Origin: Chlamydiota bacterium
GTDB taxonomy: Bacteria > Auribacterota > JACPWU01
Assembly (NCBI GenBank): GCA_016178055.1
Contig: JACOUC010000035.1
Location: 77,325 to 141,324, forward strand
DNA length: 64,000 nt
Reading direction: 5' to 3'
Part shown: in pieces, positions 10,388 to 21,026 of the stretch
Layout: each line of letters opens with the position of its first letter
How positions within the stretch are numbered: position 1 is the stretch's first letter
Position numbers and translations under genes: made by a program
Notes under the pieces: generated by a model
The model's input: only the letters and a program-made list of their open reading frames with translations
The model's database searches: none
Told to the model about the DNA's origin: nothing

Positions 10388-11084
10388 CGATCACAATATT
10401 TTGACCACTGATGTAGGTATTTTCACGACTCACCAACCAGGCGACAAGTTTCGCAACCTCTTCTGGTTTTCCCAATCGTTTCATCGGAACTCGGGATACG
10501 ATGTCCCTCATCTCACCCTCATCTAAAACTGAGCGCGTAAGCTCTGTATCAATAAAGCCAGGCGAGACGCAATTGGCAAGGATTCCTTCCTGAGCTACCT
10601 CAGCCGCAAGGGCCGCCGTCATCCCATCCAGGGCAAACTTGCTGGCAGAATAAGACGCTCGAAACTCCTTGCTGACAATTCCAAAAATAGAGCTCATATT
10701 GACAATACGACCCCACTTTTTCTTTCGCATGTAAGGAATAACTGCACGGCATAAAAGAAACGGGGCATGTAAATTGACTGACTGAATCTGATTAAAGTCT
10801 GTCCTGTCAATCTTTTCAAAAGAGCTGATTCGATTCATTCCTGCATTGTTGACTAAAATATCGATCGTGAGTTTTGAAATTTCTTTTTCAAAATTTTGAA
10901 ATGAAATATCGTCAGAAAAATCAACGGCGCGATAGGTACATCCTGACGGAACATCCACATTTAATTTTCTCCCTGTGAAGAAAACGCTTACCCCGGCTGA
11001 ACATAATTCATCTACAATGGCTCGCCCAATACCACGTGTCCCCCCTGTAACAAGGGCCGTCAAACCTTGGAGAGAATTTTGCAC
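10365..11084 (-). CDS. SDR-family oxidoreductase
   Basis: TGGTRGIG, NNAG, YSASK. Confidence 0.9.
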   Translation of the reverse strand: MQNSLQGLTALVTGGTRGIGRAIVDELCSAGVSVFFTGRKLNVDVPSGCTYRAVDFSDDISFQNFEKEISKLTIDILVNNAGMNRISSFEKIDRTDFNQIQSVNLHAPFLLCRAVIPYMRKKKWGRIVNMSSIFGIVSKEFRASYSASKFALDGMTAALAAEVAQEGILANCVSPGFIDTELTRSVLDEGEMRDIVSRVPMKRLGKPEEVAKLVAWLVSRENTYISGQNIVIDGGFTRV

Positions 11085-12133
11085 ACGAACTCCTCTGAAA
11101 TGGTATCACTCAATTGATAACGCTCCTTCCATTTAGAATCTGCACAATAAATTCGATAGACCAAATGCATGGTTTTTAAAGCTTCGAGCGACGATCCGTG
11201 AATGATCGGTTTATCGTAAAGAATGGCATCTGCAAATTCGAAAATTTCATTTTTCCAGGAATGATCTTGATTGTAGCGCGTCGTCTGTTCACGAGGATCT
11301 CCACCATCGTTCTCAGTCGCATAGACCACCGTCATTGTCTCCGCACCGTAACTCTTAGAACCTGACAAAAGACCTGACAAAATAATCGCACCCTGCGAAA
11401 GCGTGATTTCCAGACTAAAGCGATGACGCCACTGGGTTGCTGATGAATGAAGAAAAGCAACAATACCATCTTCAGTCCGCATCAAGGCATAGGCATTATC
11501 CTCTACATCATGCTTCCAATGGTCATTCGATACAAAACTATAAACATCCTTAAACTCACCTGCAAAAAGGCGCATCATATCAACCATATGAATCCCCTGG
11601 TCTAGTAAAATTCCCCCTCCAGCCATGGAACGCTTGGTACGCCAATCTGAGTCGAAGCGGATAATCTTAGACTTCCCATAAACCCCCCTCATGTTCATCA
11701 CCTTACCCAATTCGCCAGACCGAACAATACCTAAGGCATCATGGACAGAATCGTGATAACGATGATTGAATCCATACTTTAATTTACATTGGGGATGCTG
11801 ACGTTCACACTGGATCACACGAACAACATCATTTAAATCTCGACCCGGTGGCTTCTCGCAAAAGACATGAAGCCCTCTTTCCAATCCTGCCATCGTGACC
11901 TCTGGTGCAACATCATTGGTCATACAAACAAAAAGGGCATCCAAATCCTCCCCCACTAATTGATGATAATTGTTAAAACAACGCACGCCATCTTGAGAAA
12001 CTCCATCCCCGCTGAAAGTCCGATCACAAACAGCTACCGTTTCTAAATGGGGGTGTTGATCAATAAATTCCCTACGGCGCTTCCCTACAACGCCATAGCC
12101 TGCAATTCCAACTTTGAGCTTTCCTTGCTTCAT
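11060..12133 (-). CDS. Gfo/Idh/MocA oxidoreductase
   Basis: GYGVVG, CEKP, GGGILLDQGIH. Confidence 0.9.
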   Translation of the reverse strand: MKQGKLKVGIAGYGVVGKRRREFIDQHPHLETVAVCDRTFSGDGVSQDGVRCFNNYHQLVGEDLDALFVCMTNDVAPEVTMAGLERGLHVFCEKPPGRDLNDVVRVIQCERQHPQCKLKYGFNHRYHDSVHDALGIVRSGELGKVMNMRGVYGKSKIIRFDSDWRTKRSMAGGGILLDQGIHMVDMMRLFAGEFKDVYSFVSNDHWKHDVEDNAYALMRTEDGIVAFLHSSATQWRHRFSLEITLSQGAIILSGLLSGSKSYGAETMTVVYATENDGGDPREQTTRYNQDHSWKNEIFEFADAILYDKPIIHGSSLEALKTMHLVYRIYCADSKWKERYQLSDTISEEFVCKILSKV

Positions 12134-12912
12134 AAAACAGCGGATCCTAGATATCGAGGGAGAAGCAGGTCCTCGGATATGAGTTTTTCAACACGGGCAA
12201 GATCTTCAGGCGTATCGACTCCGATAGAAACACCCTCTACAAGAACCATCCTTACAGAATCTCCATATTCGAGGACACGCAACATATCCACCGACTCGAT
12301 CATTTCTAAAGGAGAAGGAGAAAGTGACACATATTTTGCAAGGTAGCTACGACGAAAGGCAATGAGTCCAAGCTGTTTAAACATCGGAATAGATCGATTC
12401 CATTTTTTTCTGGAAGGGATCCGTTCACGGGAAAAATAAAGAGCATTTTGATTTAAGCCCACAACCAACTTCACTACATTGGGGCTACTGAAATCCTCTT
12501 CATTGGTAATGGCCGCCATTAAATTGACAACATTCAGTGTTGACTCCTCCTTGAGAGGAGTCATAGCCCGTTCCAGCAACTCAGGCTGCAATAACGGCTC
12601 ATCCCCTTGAATCATCATGACCCTATCAATCGACTGTCCAGAAAGGGCTTCAATTTTTTCAACAGCTTCCGCCGTTCGTTCGCTTGCACGTTCGTGCTTG
12701 TAAGAGGTCATGACACAAGGAGCCCCAATCGATACTGCATAATCCTGAATCGCCTTATCACAGGTCGCAATAAAAACCCCTTCTAAAAGCGAGCAGAGCT
12801 TGCTTCGAAAATAAACATGACCAATCATAGGAAGGCCTAGAATTTTTGCTAGGGGTTTTCCAGGAAAGCGTGTGGAAGCCATGCGGGCAGGAATAACACC
12901 GATGATTTTCAT
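12130..12912 (-). CDS. KdsB-like cytidylyltransferase
   Basis: IPARMASTRFPGKPL, QGDEP, GVDTPED. Confidence 0.88.
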   Translation of the reverse strand: MKIIGVIPARMASTRFPGKPLAKILGLPMIGHVYFRSKLCSLLEGVFIATCDKAIQDYAVSIGAPCVMTSYKHERASERTAEAVEKIEALSGQSIDRVMMIQGDEPLLQPELLERAMTPLKEESTLNVVNLMAAITNEEDFSSPNVVKLVVGLNQNALYFSRERIPSRKKWNRSIPMFKQLGLIAFRRSYLAKYVSLSPSPLEMIESVDMLRVLEYGDSVRMVLVEGVSIGVDTPEDLARVEKLISEDLLLPRYLGSAVL

Positions 12913-12954
12913 GATCAGAAAATTCCTAAAGAATTGAAACCCATTCGCGCATTT

Positions 12955-13830
12955 TTACATGCGTGTAAAAATAATATTTGACATTGATTCTCGTATTAAA
13001 TGCCTTGATTTAATTCCAAAACCAGCCCCTTCAAGAAATTGCACAAGTCTCTGTCCCTTTGACAAACCCTCGTTTATCTCAACCAACAAGCTTTTAACTT
13101 CTGGGTTCGAAAGGGTCTCCTTACCGCCTTCTAAGATTTCTAATTCATGACCGTCCACATCCAATTTAATATAATTGGGAATTGGAAGCAAAAACTCTTG
13201 AATAAGATCGTCCAACCTAAATCCCATCAATTTCTGATGCCAAAAAGGGATAAATGGTTTTCCATTTTCATCAACACATTCCCCCAAGCTGTGCAAAGCC
13301 CCCCCTGGCTCAATCCCTTCTAGAGAACTATAATTAAATGCCTCTAATCTTGTCTTATTTGAGAGGGCAATTTGCAAGGGCGTAATGCTATCTGAACACT
13401 GATTAAGATAAATATTCTTGCAGAGCTGAGAGAAGGATGAAAACCCTGGCTCAAACGAAAAAATCTTTCCATCCCCCCCCATTGACTTCGCTGCAATCAG
13501 TGAATACACACCCACATTAGCTCCAATGTCGTAAAAGACCTCTCTTCCTCCTATAAATGTTTCTATCCAATGTACTGTCTCTGGCTCTTTTTTACATGAG
13601 TGTAATCGAGTAAAAAATTCATAACCAGATTCAATATCAAGATATATATCCCGTCGGGGGTAATCCATCTTCTGAACAATTTTAAATTTCCCCTTTATCG
13701 AAACAGCCGTCCTTGGACTCACCTGACACAGCATCCGAGTCATCCAAGCCCCGGTGTTTTCCACAACCTTTCTATAATGAAAGACGAACTTTTTAAAAAT
13801 GTTTTTTACGAATTTCCTAAGAAAAGTCAT
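12955..13830 (-). CDS. FkbM-family methyltransferase
   Basis: DIGANVG, FEP, KLDVDGHE. Confidence 0.88.
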   Translation of the reverse strand: MTFLRKFVKNIFKKFVFHYRKVVENTGAWMTRMLCQVSPRTAVSIKGKFKIVQKMDYPRRDIYLDIESGYEFFTRLHSCKKEPETVHWIETFIGGREVFYDIGANVGVYSLIAAKSMGGDGKIFSFEPGFSSFSQLCKNIYLNQCSDSITPLQIALSNKTRLEAFNYSSLEGIEPGGALHSLGECVDENGKPFIPFWHQKLMGFRLDDLIQEFLLPIPNYIKLDVDGHELEILEGGKETLSNPEVKSLLVEINEGLSKGQRLVQFLEGAGFGIKSRHLIRESMSNIIFTRM

Positions 13831-13837
13831 GCGATTT

Positions 13838-14632
13838 TTAGGTTATTTTCTTCTTCATAAACGCAAGTCCACTCCGACATGTCACATCCAACATTCGAAT
13901 ATCCAAACTATAGGCAAGAAAATGAAAGCCTTCTTTGACACGCCTCTTAAGCTCTTTGGGGTCGGGTTCAATGATATGAATACCTCCCGGTTTTTTCATC
14001 TTGGCAGCTACTTGTTTTATTCTTCTAAGAGCCCTTAATACCTTTGGATGAGTAAACTGTCCTGGAACCCCAAGCGAACCGGAAAGATCATAAGGTCCAA
14101 TCATGTAACCGTTAACCCCAGGAACAGAAAAAATCTCTTCAAGATTTTCAACTGCATCAATATGTTCAATTTGGACAATAACAATTGCCTCATTTTGCAA
14201 CCACTTTAAATAGTCCTGAAAGCGTGTACCATAGCCCTGTGCACGGGCAAGTCCTACCCCACGTCGCCCCCTAACTGGATAATGTACCGCGCAGACAGCA
14301 GCTTCAGCTTGTTCTCTAGAATTGACCATCGGTACAATGACGCCGTGCGCCCCAGCATCCATCACACGCTTAATTTGGTTCGGATCATTCGAAGTCAATC
14401 GAACCAAAGGCGTCACACCGCAAAGACCTATCACACGAATCAATTCCTCTGCCTCTCGAATGGTAATCACACTGTGCTCTAAATCCACGGCAAGCCAATC
14501 AAACCCTGCTTTTGCCATAATCTCAGCAATTCCAGTATGAGCAAGGGTGATCCAAGAGCCAATAGTAAGCTGGTTTGAAAACAATTTCTGTTTTAAGGAT
14601 TTTTTTTTGGAACCTATTTTTGTTTTACTCAT
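13838..14632 (-). CDS. HpcH/HpaI-family aldolase
   Basis: GFDWLAVDLEH, QIEH, IGPYDLS. Confidence 0.9.
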   Translation of the reverse strand: MSKTKIGSKKKSLKQKLFSNQLTIGSWITLAHTGIAEIMAKAGFDWLAVDLEHSVITIREAEELIRVIGLCGVTPLVRLTSNDPNQIKRVMDAGAHGVIVPMVNSREQAEAAVCAVHYPVRGRRGVGLARAQGYGTRFQDYLKWLQNEAIVIVQIEHIDAVENLEEIFSVPGVNGYMIGPYDLSGSLGVPGQFTHPKVLRALRRIKQVAAKMKKPGGIHIIEPDPKELKRRVKEGFHFLAYSLDIRMLDVTCRSGLAFMKKKIT

Positions 14633-14639
14633 TTTCTCC

Positions 14640-16529
14640 CTACATCAATTCAACAAGTTCATTTACGGCCCGCTCTGCGGAGCGCCTATCATCTTTATAA
14701 GAACCATATGCGTTAAAAAATTCTCTATCGAGAGGCCGCGGAAGCGCAACCTCAGATTTTCGCAATGCAACTTCTATATCTTTTAGAAATTGTTCCTTAG
14801 TTTCAGAAAAAACAACACGTTTTTTTAATTGTTTAACCGCCTTGGGATCAAATTGAATAAAAGGATTTCCCGAAAAGACAATCACTTTTTTATCCGTCAA
14901 AAGAGATTGCAAAAGGGTTGTGCTTGGACAGTCGATAATAAATAAGTCCCCTAATTTCAACATTTCTGAAAAGCTAATCGAACGAATGATCACACAATTT
15001 GATATCTTTTCTCTTCGAAGCCACTCGTCAACAGGATGATAGACGCGATCTCCTGAATGAAATTTAGCTAGAACGTAAACATCTTGGAATTTGCTACAAA
15101 CACGTATAACTTCTTGTTGCAAACGCCAGTACCAAATATCAGGGTAAGAATGATGTGTAAAATATCGCGTCTGCCCCATAAGATTTGTATTGACATAAAT
15201 GACAATTTTTTTGTTTTTTGGCAAGTTTGAAGCGATCTCGCTAAGAACTTTTGAATTTAAATCGGCTTCATTCTTACTTAAAACATCCAGAGAAATCGAA
15301 CCCACAGGGATAATCTTCGCTCTTCTTTTTTCGCTCGCTCGATATGCTGAGGGAGTAGCCTCTCTCAAAGAATCACGGACACCTTCTCCATAGCAGAAAA
15401 AGTAGTTCGCTGCATACAAATCATGATGTTCAATAATAGGGTAGTCCACATATCCATACATTCCTCCGTGCTGATAGCAAACCACAGGGATTTTCAAAAA
15501 ATGCCCGGCGATAGCGCATGCGATTTGTCCCACTTCAGCATATTGACTGCCCAAAATAACAGCTTTGCTTCCATGAGGAATCTTTTTAGAAATCGTATCG
15601 GTCATTGTAAGACATCGAGGTATAACAAAGGTAATAAAGTGTTTAAGACGTGTCTCAACAATCGAAAAGTAATTCTTGTTTCCCACTGTGAAAAAAGACT
15701 TGAAATTTTCATCCTTTGATAACCTCTCCCAAAGAAGATGGCAAAGTTGTAGCGTGTCCCTCTGAGGTAAATCTCCTCTAACTCCGCTCAAGAGATCTTT
15801 TAAATTTATCACCTTTCCTGTCCCCCGCTTTAACCATAATTCTCCAAGGGGCTTACTATCTGCATAGAGATCTGTCAGAATGAGAGATGGCATTCCATTG
15901 AATGAAAAATTCATATCTGATGAGATATTTTCCCATCGTCTTGACAAGCTGGCCAAACCTTTTAACCCCGTGCGAAAAGTCGAACGCAAGCGCCGAAACG
16001 GTGCAAGAGCTGTTGAAAACGCAGTATAAGTGCAGTTTAGGTCCTTTAAAAAAAGAGGTAACAAACGCGATGAAAGAGATTCGTCACGGAAAAATAAATT
16101 ATCTTCGATCCGGTCGGGACGTGTATCAAAAAAAAGAACTCGTGTAGGTTTTAATTCTAACAATGCCCGACAAATTCTAAGTTCGTAATTCAAAACAGCA
16201 TCGAAGAGAACCTTAAGATAAAAAAAGAAAAAATGTGAAGAAAATGCCTTTCCACATCGATAATCGGAAAGGATTGAACGCTTCAAGGAGCTATCCAAAT
16301 AATCACAAAACGCCTGCACACGTTCATAGTTACGTAAACCCATTTCAATAAGTTCTGTCTCATCATGAAAGTCATCAATGATGTGATATGCTAAACCAAG
16401 CTTTTCAGCAGCATAATCCGCCTCTGGGGTTAAAGCTACGTATGTTGGCTTTAAATAATTTTGAGCACTATACCGTAGGAGAAACTTCAACTGATCCTGC
16501 GTCTCAAAAAATGCAACGATAGCCGACAT
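14640..16529 (-). CDS. Large putative surface-carbohydrate transferase
   Basis: 629 aa; YQHGG, KFH and STTLLQ motifs suggest a GT-B-like fold; lies at the end of the NeuB module. Confidence 0.55.
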   Translation of the reverse strand: MSAIVAFFETQDQLKFLLRYSAQNYLKPTYVALTPEADYAAEKLGLAYHIIDDFHDETELIEMGLRNYERVQAFCDYLDSSLKRSILSDYRCGKAFSSHFFFFYLKVLFDAVLNYELRICRALLELKPTRVLFFDTRPDRIEDNLFFRDESLSSRLLPLFLKDLNCTYTAFSTALAPFRRLRSTFRTGLKGLASLSRRWENISSDMNFSFNGMPSLILTDLYADSKPLGELWLKRGTGKVINLKDLLSGVRGDLPQRDTLQLCHLLWERLSKDENFKSFFTVGNKNYFSIVETRLKHFITFVIPRCLTMTDTISKKIPHGSKAVILGSQYAEVGQIACAIAGHFLKIPVVCYQHGGMYGYVDYPIIEHHDLYAANYFFCYGEGVRDSLREATPSAYRASEKRRAKIIPVGSISLDVLSKNEADLNSKVLSEIASNLPKNKKIVIYVNTNLMGQTRYFTHHSYPDIWYWRLQQEVIRVCSKFQDVYVLAKFHSGDRVYHPVDEWLRREKISNCVIIRSISFSEMLKLGDLFIIDCPSTTLLQSLLTDKKVIVFSGNPFIQFDPKAVKQLKKRVVFSETKEQFLKDIEVALRKSEVALPRPLDREFFNAYGSYKDDRRSAERAVNELVELM

Positions 16530-17366
16530 TTACCAACAGGTCCTTCCACCATCTATCGTAAGAAGAGATCCCGTCATATAGCTCGACGCATCTGAAACGA
16601 GAAAGACAATGGCTGCCTTATATTCATCTTGGCTCGCCATGTGACCTAACGGAATAAGCTCAGAAAGACGCTTCACGAATCCCTCATCTTGTTGATCATA
16701 AACCCCACCGGGGCATAAGGCATTCACGCACACACCTCGATCGGCCCAATAGGTCGCCAAATAACGGGTTAACCCGAGAAGTCCTGATTTGACCACAGAG
16801 TAACTCACAGGCTTCACGGGTTGTTCATTTTCAGGGGAGCCGGGCCGACGATAAATTCTTTGATCAGGACCAATCAAAGCAAGATCAGAAGCAATGTTAA
16901 GAATAACGCCCTTACCTCTTCTTGCCATTTCAGTTCCAATGATCCGGCTACATAGAAATGCACCTGTAAGCCCTACCGCTATGTCTTGATTCCAAATCTC
17001 TAGTGGAAAATTTTCTAACCTAGACCCCTGAAATTTAGAATGATCTTTGGACTCAACTTTTGGATTATTTGCGGCATTATTAACCAAAATATCAATTCGT
17101 TTAAATGTACTTATAATTTTTTTGAGCGCACTGGAAATCTGCATTTCTTGAGAAATATCGACGGCTAAACCCATTGCTGGGACATGGTATTTTTTTTCTA
17201 ATTCTTTTGCGCAAGCTTTTGTCTTCTCTAGATCCAAATCGAAAAGAACAGGCACCCCACCCATTTCTGCGATGGCCTCGGCATGTTTAAACCCAAGCAA
17301 ACCCGTGCCGCCCGTAATCACAGCAACACGACTTGTTAAATCAAAAGCCTGTTTCACAGATTTCAT
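16530..17366 (-). CDS. SDR-family oxidoreductase
   Basis: TGGTGLLG, NNAA, YSVVK. Confidence 0.88.
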   Translation of the reverse strand: MKSVKQAFDLTSRVAVITGGTGLLGFKHAEAIAEMGGVPVLFDLDLEKTKACAKELEKKYHVPAMGLAVDISQEMQISSALKKIISTFKRIDILVNNAANNPKVESKDHSKFQGSRLENFPLEIWNQDIAVGLTGAFLCSRIIGTEMARRGKGVILNIASDLALIGPDQRIYRRPGSPENEQPVKPVSYSVVKSGLLGLTRYLATYWADRGVCVNALCPGGVYDQQDEGFVKRLSELIPLGHMASQDEYKAAIVFLVSDASSYMTGSLLTIDGGRTCW

Positions 17367-17367
17367 T

Positions 17368-18141
17368 TCAAATAACCCGCGTTTGTCCACCGTCTACAAC
17401 CAGACAAGCCCCTGTTATAAAGGAAGCTCTTTCAGATGCCAGAAATGTAACTGCATCGGCAATTTCTTCGGCTCTACCGAAACGTTGCAAGGGAACTTCT
17501 GTGTTGATATATTGCTCAAAAAAATCTTTTCGTTCGGCGAGCTTGGCCTCCCAAGTCCCACCCGGAAACAGGATATTTCCAGGAGAAACGGCATTCACAC
17601 GCACTCCCTGAGAGCCTACCATGCGAGATAAATTTTTCATTGCACTGTGAAGGGCCGCCTTTGCTGCACTGTAGGGAATAGGGGCAGGAATAGCTTCATT
17701 TCCAGCAATAGAGCTGATGAAAATTAAATTACCACGGCTTTGAATTAAATGGGGAAGGGCAGATTTTGCAAACGCCATTCCCCCTAACAAATTTACATTC
17801 AACATCTGTTGCCACTCGTCCCTAGATAAATCCCAACCACTTTTACCTACGCCGCTTCCTATATTTGCAATAGCAATATCAATTCTTCCAAATTTTTCAC
17901 ACGTATTTTGAAGAACACGATGAATCTCTGCCTCGAGGGTCATATCTGCACAAAAGGAAGCAACACGATGAGAACGTCCCTTTTTCACGAGGAACGACTC
18001 CGCATTTTTTACATTTTTTTCATCGCGGCCAGTCAGAATGACTTGAGCTTCTTCTTCTAAAAATGCCTCTGCAATAGCAAGCCCAATTCCGCGGCTGGAC
18101 CCTGCAATCAATACAACTTTATTTTTTAATCCAAGATCCAT
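17368..18141 (-). CDS. SDR-family oxidoreductase
   Basis: GSSRGIG, YSAAK. Confidence 0.88.
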   Translation of the reverse strand: MDLGLKNKVVLIAGSSRGIGLAIAEAFLEEEAQVILTGRDEKNVKNAESFLVKKGRSHRVASFCADMTLEAEIHRVLQNTCEKFGRIDIAIANIGSGVGKSGWDLSRDEWQQMLNVNLLGGMAFAKSALPHLIQSRGNLIFISSIAGNEAIPAPIPYSAAKAALHSAMKNLSRMVGSQGVRVNAVSPGNILFPGGTWEAKLAERKDFFEQYINTEVPLQRFGRAEEIADAVTFLASERASFITGACLVVDGGQTRVI

Positions 18142-18983
18142 TAGGTTCTAGACATCACAAAGCCAAGATGCCTTTCTACAAATTGGCGATTCTGTTTCGC
18201 TAACTCCATCTCGCCTACCTCGAGATTGCGCGCTGCTTGCAAGATAAACGGCCCTTGGAATCCGGCTCCCTGAATCAACCGAAAGCAGGTTGGAAAATCA
18301 GCATGGCCACTTCCTAAGAGTACCGTTCCTCCCCCCAAAAGGCGGTCTTTGACATGAACACTTCCCAGCCAAGAACCTAAGAGTGAAAGTTCTTCTGAGG
18401 GGTCATGTCCTAAAGAGGCCGCGTTTCCAATATCATAATTCATTTTGATCCATTGGAAAGAAACGCGCTCAAGAAGCTTCAACAAGGTTTGGGGAGATAA
18501 ATCTGTCTCCAGATGTAGCTCTACTTTTTTTTCTTTTAAAAGAGGAAGAAGCCCCTTTAAAATAATGACTAAACTCTCTAAGGCCTCAGGAGATTTAAGG
18601 GAAGAGGCATCCACAAAAGGTAAAACCATATAGCGGACTTGTAAGGCATTGGCTCGACTGATTAATCCTTTTAAATGTTCAACAACTTTAGGCTGACTCC
18701 TTCCATCGGATAAAATTAAATGCTGTGTCATGTAGTGATCAGCACAGATAGACCAAACTTGAACTCCAGACTTCTGAATTAACTTTTTAATTTCATGAAT
18801 ACCTTCTGGAGTCCTTAAAGGATTTTCACTTTCCGTCTCATATTCATAAATCCATTCGATACAAGCGAGACCCGCTTCTTGAGCCTTAAAAAATTCATTA
18901 CGCCAAGTATGGACGGGAAAAGACTGAATACGCCCATCACGAGGGGGAGAAAGTCGACCTTGCATAATTCCAATCGGATTCAT
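18141..18983 (-). CDS. Sugar phosphate isomerase/epimerase (xylose-isomerase-like TIM barrel)
   Basis: GIMQGRL, LET, YDIGN, HVKD. Confidence 0.85.
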   Translation of the reverse strand: MNPIGIMQGRLSPPRDGRIQSFPVHTWRNEFFKAQEAGLACIEWIYEYETESENPLRTPEGIHEIKKLIQKSGVQVWSICADHYMTQHLILSDGRSQPKVVEHLKGLISRANALQVRYMVLPFVDASSLKSPEALESLVIILKGLLPLLKEKKVELHLETDLSPQTLLKLLERVSFQWIKMNYDIGNAASLGHDPSEELSLLGSWLGSVHVKDRLLGGGTVLLGSGHADFPTCFRLIQGAGFQGPFILQAARNLEVGEMELAKQNRQFVERHLGFVMSRT

Positions 18984-19972
18984 TATTTCTGCTTAAATGC
19001 GTAAGGGGATGGAGCATTTGAAACTTTTTCTCCCCTTTGGGCATCCCATTTTTTGATTTGACCAACAATATCTACACCTACATTCTCACTCCACGCATTC
19101 AAAAGTTTCTTTGTCATATTCCCCATTTTCCCATCTCCAATTTTTGTACCATTTAAAGATGTCACGGGAAGAAGGCAAAAAGGAGTTCCTGTCATGAAAG
19201 CTTCGTCTGCCGTCATCACATCATAAGGCTCAATATTTTTTTCAACGGACTTTAACCCTAATTGACAAGCCAGTTCAGAGAGAACATAAGCTCGACTAAT
19301 CCCTCTTAAAATATTGCGTCCCTCCGGGGTTACAAGAACCCCATCCTTTACGATAAAAAAGTTATCCCCTGTCCCCTCTGCGATAAAACCATCTGGATCT
19401 AAAAGTAAAGCCCAATTGTTTTCACCTTCACATTGAGAAACTTCAATATTGGCCATCATATAATGAAGCCGACTTCTATTCTTAACCTTGGGTTCCAAGA
19501 GAGAAGCCGGAATGGCCCGCTGAGAAGGAATAACTGCATTGATTCCCTTATCAAAAAGAACCCCCATCCCAGCAACCGTCCAACGAAGTGGAAAATCTGC
19601 AATGATCACATTTGCACCCCGAGGAAGGCCTACGATACCTTCATAAATAGAAAGAGTACCTCGAGAAACATCAATCAACAAACGATGTTCATCGTCGTGG
19701 GAGAAAACAGATTCATTCGCTTCGATGGTCTTATAAATAGCCTTTTCCATATCATCCAAAGACATCTTCAAAGGAATTCGGACAAATTTGATGGAGGCGT
19801 ATAATCTTTCTAAATGTTCTCGAAGCTTGAATTGTTTCTTATTAAAGGACCGAGTCATTTCAAAAACCATGTCCCCGAACATTAAAGCCGAATCATAGAT
19901 AGAAAGTTTCGCCTCAGCTTCAGGAACAAACTCACCATTCAAATAAACCACCCTTCCTTTGCCATTGTTCAT
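18983..19972 (-). CDS. Class IV (branched-chain/D-amino-acid type) PLP aminotransferase
   Basis: FGDMVFE, EGTGDNFF, LRGISR, ADEAFMTGT. Confidence 0.88.
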   Translation of the reverse strand: MNNGKGRVVYLNGEFVPEAEAKLSIYDSALMFGDMVFEMTRSFNKKQFKLREHLERLYASIKFVRIPLKMSLDDMEKAIYKTIEANESVFSHDDEHRLLIDVSRGTLSIYEGIVGLPRGANVIIADFPLRWTVAGMGVLFDKGINAVIPSQRAIPASLLEPKVKNRSRLHYMMANIEVSQCEGENNWALLLDPDGFIAEGTGDNFFIVKDGVLVTPEGRNILRGISRAYVLSELACQLGLKSVEKNIEPYDVMTADEAFMTGTPFCLLPVTSLNGTKIGDGKMGNMTKKLLNAWSENVGVDIVGQIKKWDAQRGEKVSNAPSPYAFKQK

Positions 19973-20280
19973 GGATTCATCCCCTCTCGACACATCCAGT
20001 CGCTTAAATTAAGAGCCTTATCATCAATATAAAGATCTGCTGTGGGCTTTCCCATATAAAGTTGGTGATAAGTTACTTTCCACTTTCGAAGCTGCTCCTC
20101 TGTCAGGGGACGCCAATTTATTCCCGTTGTTGCGCCTCGTGCCGTATAAAGAAGGACTGTGTGCCCTTCTTGATAAATCTGATTCACTCGCGTGATCACA
20201 GAATAGATCGGCTCTGCCTTTTCATATTCTCCATCCGTATTCGTGCACAAAGTTCCATCAATGTCGAAACAATAAATCAC
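19969..20280 (-). CDS. Small HAD-superfamily phosphatase
   Basis: FDIDGT, YTAR, GKP..DLYIDDK. Confidence 0.85.
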   Translation of the reverse strand: MIYCFDIDGTLCTNTDGEYEKAEPIYSVITRVNQIYQEGHTVLLYTARGATTGINWRPLTEEQLRKWKVTYHQLYMGKPTADLYIDDKALNLSDWMCREGMNP

Positions 20281-21020
20281 ACGCGTTCCTTCTTAAAAAT
20301 TTCATCATACCACTGGACAATGTCCACAATGTTAAAATGGGGATGACGCGGGTACAAGTATTCATAAAGCTCTTTCATAAAGACGTACTCGTCCCATGTG
20401 TTTACATCTAAGACAAGATCCGGTCGCCGAAATGCAAGGGGGCATTGAACCGTTCCGACCCGATAACGTTTATCCATCGCTTTTTGTGTTTTATAATCAA
20501 AAAAATTCAAATGCGGATGTTCTCTTTTGTAAAAATCTTGAACCTCTTTCCAAACGGTTTCTAAGGCCTCAAAGTTAAACACCTCCGCCCCAATTCCATC
20601 AGGATAACCATTTCCAAATACAGGGGCAAGGTTTGAGGAAAAATCGCTTTGGCCAGTCAGATGATAATCGACGATGCGATCGATTTCTCCAGGCTCTGGA
20701 ACAGGATTATCTGCGGGAAGACGAACAATCACTTGGGCTTCGTATTCCTTTGCTGCCTGGTAATAGCGATCGACTAAATCATTTTCAGAACCTCGAAAGG
20801 ATTTCACTCGATAAGTTTCAGCAAGCGTTTGAAGAACATCATCCTCTGCCTTTTCAGTCGTAGCCAAGACAATCTCATCCATACTTTTACAACGCTTTAC
20901 ACGCTCTAAAACGCGTCCGACCAAAGGAGCACCCGCCAAATCCAACATAGATTTCCCCGGCAAACGCGTGGAACCCATCCGGGCTTGCAGAATCAAGACA
21001 ACTCTAGGTTTTTGGATCAT
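20277..21020 (-). CDS. SpsF-like cytidylyltransferase
   Basis: QARMGSTRLPGK, GSENDLVDRY, ADNP. Confidence 0.85.
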   Translation of the reverse strand: MIQKPRVVLILQARMGSTRLPGKSMLDLAGAPLVGRVLERVKRCKSMDEIVLATTEKAEDDVLQTLAETYRVKSFRGSENDLVDRYYQAAKEYEAQVIVRLPADNPVPEPGEIDRIVDYHLTGQSDFSSNLAPVFGNGYPDGIGAEVFNFEALETVWKEVQDFYKREHPHLNFFDYKTQKAMDKRYRVGTVQCPLAFRRPDLVLDVNTWDEYVFMKELYEYLYPRHPHFNIVDIVQWYDEIFKKERV

Positions 21021-21026
21021 TATTCT

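Noticed and set aside
14600..14608. A9 run near the start of the HpcH gene as a phase-variation switch
   Set aside because: The frame is intact and A/T runs of this length are common in this AT-rich sequence.
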